From NCBI GenBank assembly GCA_041686375.1, contig JAWLEB010000001.1:73997-137996 (forward strand): a stretch of DNA of 64,000 bases, read 5' to 3'. Position 1 is the stretch's first letter; every line of letters starts with the position of its first letter. This document shows positions 60,228-64,000 of the stretch, one piece after another. Under the pieces are notes generated by a model, which had not been told where the DNA came from, made no database searches, and saw only the letters and a program-made list of their open reading frames with translations. A program made the position numbers and the translations under genes. The stretch comes from Bacteroidales bacterium (GTDB lineage: Bacteria; Bacteroidota; Bacteroidia; Bacteroidales; UBA12077).

Positions 60228-60854
60228 ATGAAAGGATTTGTAGTTTACGATATTCGGGGAATATTCAATTCGGATTTTGATAAAAATGATGTTTATAAAT
60301 TCGGATGTTTTATACCAGAGCTTTCAGATGCGGATAAAGTTTTGGTGGGAATAGATGTACGTGAAGGCCGGGATGAAATTTTTGACTACTTGCTTAAGGG
60401 ATTAACTGACAGAGGAGTTGATGTGTACGAGGTAGGGCTCGCCATTACCCTAATGGTATATTATCTTGTTGGGAAATATTCGTTTAAGCTTTCTGTACAA
60501 ATTACTGCTTCGCACAACCCAAAGGAGTATAATGGTTTCAAAGTATCCGGAGAAGAAGTTTTACAGGATATTCGTTGCTCAAAATCTGTCCAGGAGTATT
60601 TAGAAAAATTTGATGCTCGGGTTCATACCTGGAGGGTTGGAATAGCATTTGCATCGTCACGGCTGAAAGGGATTGACGAGCCTTATGGTGGAGACCTTGC
60701 AGGTCATTATTCCTTTAAAGATTTTTATTATTCTGATTCGGGTATTATGGCTGTCTTGATAGTTTTGGGCATAACAGCACAATTCAAAGAGCAGGAGAAG
60801 TCCATTTCTGATGTTATGGATGAAATTAAAAATTTGATAGTACCCTATCACTGA
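60228..60854 (+). pseudogene. Phosphomannomutase/phosphoglucomutase-family remnant (domain I plus fragment of domain III; intact 208-aa ORF)
   Basis: Domain I has YDIRG and phosphoserine motif ITASHNPKEYNGFKV. The sequence then jumps directly to GGDLAGHYSF...DSGIMAVL (domain III sugar loop). No DGDGDR-type metal loop and no domain IV are present. The stop overlaps the rnhB ATG (TGATG). Confidence 0.55.
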
Positions 60855-61462
60855 TGGCCTTGAAACAATATTATAACAAGGGAGTAGTTGAGGCTGGCTG
60901 TGATGAGGCTGGCAGAGGATGTCTTGCAGGTCCGGTTTTCGCCGCTGCCGTGATCTTTCCAAAAGATTATGATAACCAGGATGTAAATGATTCAAAAAAG
61001 CTTAAGGCAGGTAAACGTGACCAATTATGTAAACAAATAGAAGAAGACGCTTTAACTTATGCTGTATCAAGGGTGGATGCGGAAGAAATTGACGAGCTAA
61101 ACATTTTTAGAGCCTCAATAGTAGCTATGCACAGGGCTATAGCTAAATTATCCATTGACCCTGATCATTTACTTATTGATGGCAAATATTTTTATAGCTA
61201 CAAATCTTTCTCCCATACGTGTGTAATCAAAGGCGATTCCAAATTTCTATCTATTGCCGCTGCTTCTATACTTGCTAAAACTTACAGGGATGCGTTTATG
61301 ATCAAATTGCATGAGGATTATCCTGAATATCAATGGCATAGCAACAAAGGATATCCAACAAGACACCACAGAGAGGCGATAAAAATCCATGGCATTACTC
61401 CATATCACCGGAACAGCTTCCGGCTATTACCAGAAGCTTATCAGGTGAAACTGGATATTTGA
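60854..61462 (+). CDS. rnhB: Ribonuclease HII
   Basis: GCDEAGRGCLAGPV and DSKKL. 202 aa. Confidence 0.9.
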   Translation: MALKQYYNKGVVEAGCDEAGRGCLAGPVFAAAVIFPKDYDNQDVNDSKKLKAGKRDQLCKQIEEDALTYAVSRVDAEEIDELNIFRASIVAMHRAIAKLSIDPDHLLIDGKYFYSYKSFSHTCVIKGDSKFLSIAAASILAKTYRDAFMIKLHEDYPEYQWHSNKGYPTRHHREAIKIHGITPYHRNSFRLLPEAYQVKLDI

Positions 61463-61472
61463 GTTGTTTAAT

Positions 61473-61988
61473 TTATTTGTCTTCTTTCGTTTCGTCTTCA
61501 AACTTTCTTTCGGCTAATTCTCTGTCAACCATAAGCAATGCATGCCCACTGCCTTCTAACATTTTCAGCTTTTGCAGAAGTTCATCGGCAGAGGCCTCTT
61601 CTTCTACTTGCTCTGACACAAACCACTGAAGCATATTATCTGTACTATGATCTTTTTCTTCTCTCGCCAAATCAACTAAATCATGAATCATTTTTGTCAC
61701 TTTTTGTTCATGCTGGTAGACTTCTTCCATCACTTTGACCGGGTTGTCCCATTTAGCTGGCGGCTCCTCTATAGCCTTTAGTGAAACTTTACCTCCCCGA
61801 TCAAATATATAGTTGTAGATCTTCATTGCGTGAGTCATCTCTTCCTGTGCCTGAATATACATCCAATGTGCAAATCCTGAAAGATTCATGTCCTCAAAAT
61901 ATGCGGACATGGAAAGATAAAGATAAGCGGAATACATCTCTGCATTTACTTGTTCATTAAGAGCTTTTTCCATTTTTTTTGATAACAT
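61473..61988 (-). CDS. Ferritin (non-heme, FtnA-like)
   Basis: Four-helix ferritin-like ferroxidase residues: NEQVNAEMYSAYLYLSMS, QEEMTHAMK, EQVEEE. Confidence 0.85.
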   Translation of the reverse strand: MLSKKMEKALNEQVNAEMYSAYLYLSMSAYFEDMNLSGFAHWMYIQAQEEMTHAMKIYNYIFDRGGKVSLKAIEEPPAKWDNPVKVMEEVYQHEQKVTKMIHDLVDLAREEKDHSTDNMLQWFVSEQVEEEASADELLQKLKMLEGSGHALLMVDRELAERKFEDETKEDK

Positions 61989-62073
61989 AATTTTTCCTCC
62001 TTTTTAGTAAGTTTATATCAATTATCGACAAAGTAAGTTAATTCTGGTTACTTTTAACAATATTCTTTATGAA

Positions 62074-62574
62074 TTGTTTTCTATTAAAAAACCTATGTTT
62101 ATTTTGCCATTTAAATATATAAGAATTGAAACTCCTCTGAGCTCCGAGGAAGTGCTCAGGAAGATTTCTGAATCTACGGATCAAGATAGGAAAAGTATTT
62201 ATTGGGGGAAACGTTTTTATAAGACATTCAGTGGTAAGGTGGGAGCCCGAAGTTTTATCATTAGTCCTGTAGTACCTTACTGGAACATATCGCCTGTTGA
62301 CATTGAAGGCAATTTTTCCTCTGGTAACAAGTATGTGAGCAGGTTACATTTACGTATGGTTTGTCCTTATTTGCGATTTGTTATTCCTTTGGTAATATTG
62401 ACGTTAGTTTTGTTTTTCATTAATTTTGGAACTGAAATCATTTTATTTAAGGGTATTCTTATTACTCTTGCTACAGCATATCTACTAGTCAATATTCCGT
62501 TTCAGCTTCAGTCAAAAAGGAGCCTTGATTACATAGTGCGGATGGTTGAGGGGAAAATTGTACATTACAAGTAG
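62074..62574 (+). CDS. Hypothetical membrane protein
   Basis: ORF with a TTG start at 62074 (alternative ATG at 62095) and two C-terminal TM helices. No family recognised. Confidence 0.4.
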   Translation: MFSIKKPMFILPFKYIRIETPLSSEEVLRKISESTDQDRKSIYWGKRFYKTFSGKVGARSFIISPVVPYWNISPVDIEGNFSSGNKYVSRLHLRMVCPYLRFVIPLVILTLVLFFINFGTEIILFKGILITLATAYLLVNIPFQLQSKRSLDYIVRMVEGKIVHYK

Positions 62575-62771
62575 TTGTGATCCTACTGTTGCAGAAGGAA
62601 TATATAGCTTAGAGAATTTTTATTTAATCTGAAGAGTCAGGAAAGATGATTGTGTTTACCACTATCCTCCCTTGATTAATAATTATCTGATAATTAAATT
62701 CCTATTGATTATTTTAAAAAAAATTATATCTTAGCATTTTCAGTCTTTTATTCTAACTCAATTAGATTTTT

Positions 62772-64000
62772 ATGAAAAGATTTGTGTTATTGCTTTTTTG
62801 TCTTTCTTACGTGAGTCTAAATGTATTTGCACAGCAGCAAATTAGGGGTAGAGTTACTGAAGTAGGAACTCAGGAACCTATATTAGGCGCTTCTGTTGTT
62901 ATAAAAGATTATCCTGAAATAGGAACTACAACGGATTTGGATGGTTATTATTCACTGGAAAATATCCCTGATGATGCATCCGCCATTGAGGTGAGTTATG
63001 TTGGAATGCATAAGCAATATATTGCAATTAAAAGTCGTGATACCATCAATATAACATTAAAACCGAAACTTACTGAATTAGATAGGGTTATTGTTGCAGG
63101 AGTAGCTGTAGAAACGTCACCGGAGAAGATGACTGTTTCGGTAGAGCGCCTTGATGCAGATCGGCTCAGCCAGGTCCCTTCCCTGAGTGCATCAACCTCA
63201 TTACAAGGTAAAGTTGCCGGAGTAAATGTTACGCAACCTTCTGGTCAACCTGGATCAGGAGCCACAATACAGCTTAGAGGAGCCACATCTATGATAGGTA
63301 GTCAGGAGCCTTTGATTATTGTTGATGGAACTATATTTCAGGGAAATCTTGGGGATATTGGCTCTGATGATATAGAAAGCATTGAAGTTGTAAAAGGAGC
63401 TTCTGCTTCCGCCTTATATGGTTCTCAGGCAGGGAATGGCGTTGTGGTTATTAACACCAAAAGAGGAGATCAGTTGGAAGAAGATGAAACTGCAATTGAG
63501 ATAAGAAATGAGCTTGGCGTCAGTTATATAAATAATTATATTGACCTTGCCGAACATCATCAATATTCTCTTAAAGACCCTGATAATCCTGGAGATACAT
63601 ATACCGACTATGCAGGGGTTTATTTTCCTGAAAATTATTCTCATGGTTCACATCCAGAAATTCTTGGTTCCAGGGGTATTGATCCTGACCATTATGTGGA
63701 TAATTTATATGCTTTTACTAATGATTTACAAAAGCAGTTTTTCAAGAGAGGGCAAAACTCTGTAAATTATGTGGGTATTAGCAGGAAAACAGAGGGAACA
63801 AATTTTCATCTTTCTTTTGAAAATAACCAGCAAGGAGGCATTATCGAAGAGACTGAAGGATATAATCGAAAGACATTTCGGGCTAATATTGATGTTGATT
63901 TAGCCGATTATTTAACCGTTTCAACCTCTAATATGTTTTCCAATGTTTTATCTAAAAATCCCGGAGGGGTGAACCTGTTTAATGGTGGTGCATTTTTTGA
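62772..64000 (+). CDS. SusC/RagA-family TonB-dependent outer membrane receptor (5' part; runs off the window)
   Basis: Not in the ORF track because it is edge-truncated. ATG at 62772. Signal peptide ..NVFA|QQQ. CarboxypepD_reg-like domain IRGRVTEVGTQEPILGASVVIKD..TTTDLDGYYSL. Plug domain with LQGKVAGVNV and IEVVKGASASALYGSQAGNGVVVINTKRG. Confidence 0.85.
   Translation, partial: MKRFVLLLFCLSYVSLNVFAQQQIRGRVTEVGTQEPILGASVVIKDYPEIGTTTDLDGYYSLENIPDDASAIEVSYVGMHKQYIAIKSRDTINITLKPKLTELDRVIVAGVAVETSPEKMTVSVERLDADRLSQVPSLSASTSLQGKVAGVNVTQPSGQPGSGATIQLRGATSMIGSQEPLIIVDGTIFQGNLGDIGSDDIESIEVVKGASASALYGSQAGNGVVVINTKRGDQLEEDETAIEIRNELGVSYINNYIDLAEHHQYSLKDPDNPGDTYTDYAGVYFPENYSHGSHPEILGSRGIDPDHYVDNLYAFTNDLQKQFFKRGQNSVNYVGISRKTEGTNFHLSFENNQQGGIIEETEGYNRKTFRANIDVDLADYLTVSTSNMFSNVLSKNPGGVNLFNGGAFF

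Noticed and set aside
60657-60995. 112-aa minus-strand ORF bridging the PMM relic and the rnhB start.
   Set aside because: It is antisense to two ORFs with clear family motifs, and no motif of its own is recognisable.
1-64000. CRISPR arrays, tandem repeats, IS elements, integrases, and toxin-antitoxin or restriction-modification genes.
   Set aside because: I scanned the intergenic regions and all ORF translations by eye. I found no regularly spaced direct repeats, no transposase, integrase or recombinase motifs, and no typical defence-gene architectures. A computational repeat search would be needed to exclude short or degenerate arrays.

Overview
AT-rich, densely coding chromosomal segment that looks like core genome of a Bacteroidota-type organism. 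Supporting markers are GldH, a PorX-like CheY-PglZ regulator, a SprE/PorW-like TPR lipoprotein, a SusC/RagA-like TonB-dependent receptor, TonB, TAnnTTTG -7 boxes, and Ala|Gln signal-peptide cleavage sites. I support about 58 protein genes. I saw no rRNA, tRNA, CRISPR array, transposase, integrase or phage gene.

Gene content by function:
- Housekeeping: asd, hflX, radC, ruvC, sppA, folK, comF, rplU-rpmA, serS, mutL, dapD, tsaE, mrp/nfu, trmB, holB, rnhB, ferritin.
- Glycan/LPS-type locus at 18.1-25.0 kb: three GT4, one GT2, an MsbA-like ABC exporter and two paralogous sulfotransferase-like proteins.
- A TetR-TolC-MFP-RND efflux operon.
- Three rhomboid proteases.
- Scattered type IX secretion/gliding components.

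Two long genes are missing from the ORF track because they run off the window edges. One is a minus-strand secreted protein with three lamin-tail-domain modules at 1-3241 (GTG start). The other is a SusC-like receptor at 62772-64000.

The most unusual locus is 56165-60854. It holds one 794-aa ORF made of two complete phosphoglycerate kinase units fused head to tail, where the second unit has a Lys-to-Gln change at a catalytic lysine position. Next comes a strongly divergent 429-aa PGK-family paralog. Last is an internally deleted phosphomannomutase-family relic overlapping the rnhB start by one nucleotide (TGATG). I cannot show from sequence alone that this is a functional new system, and the rest of the window is ordinary core genome.
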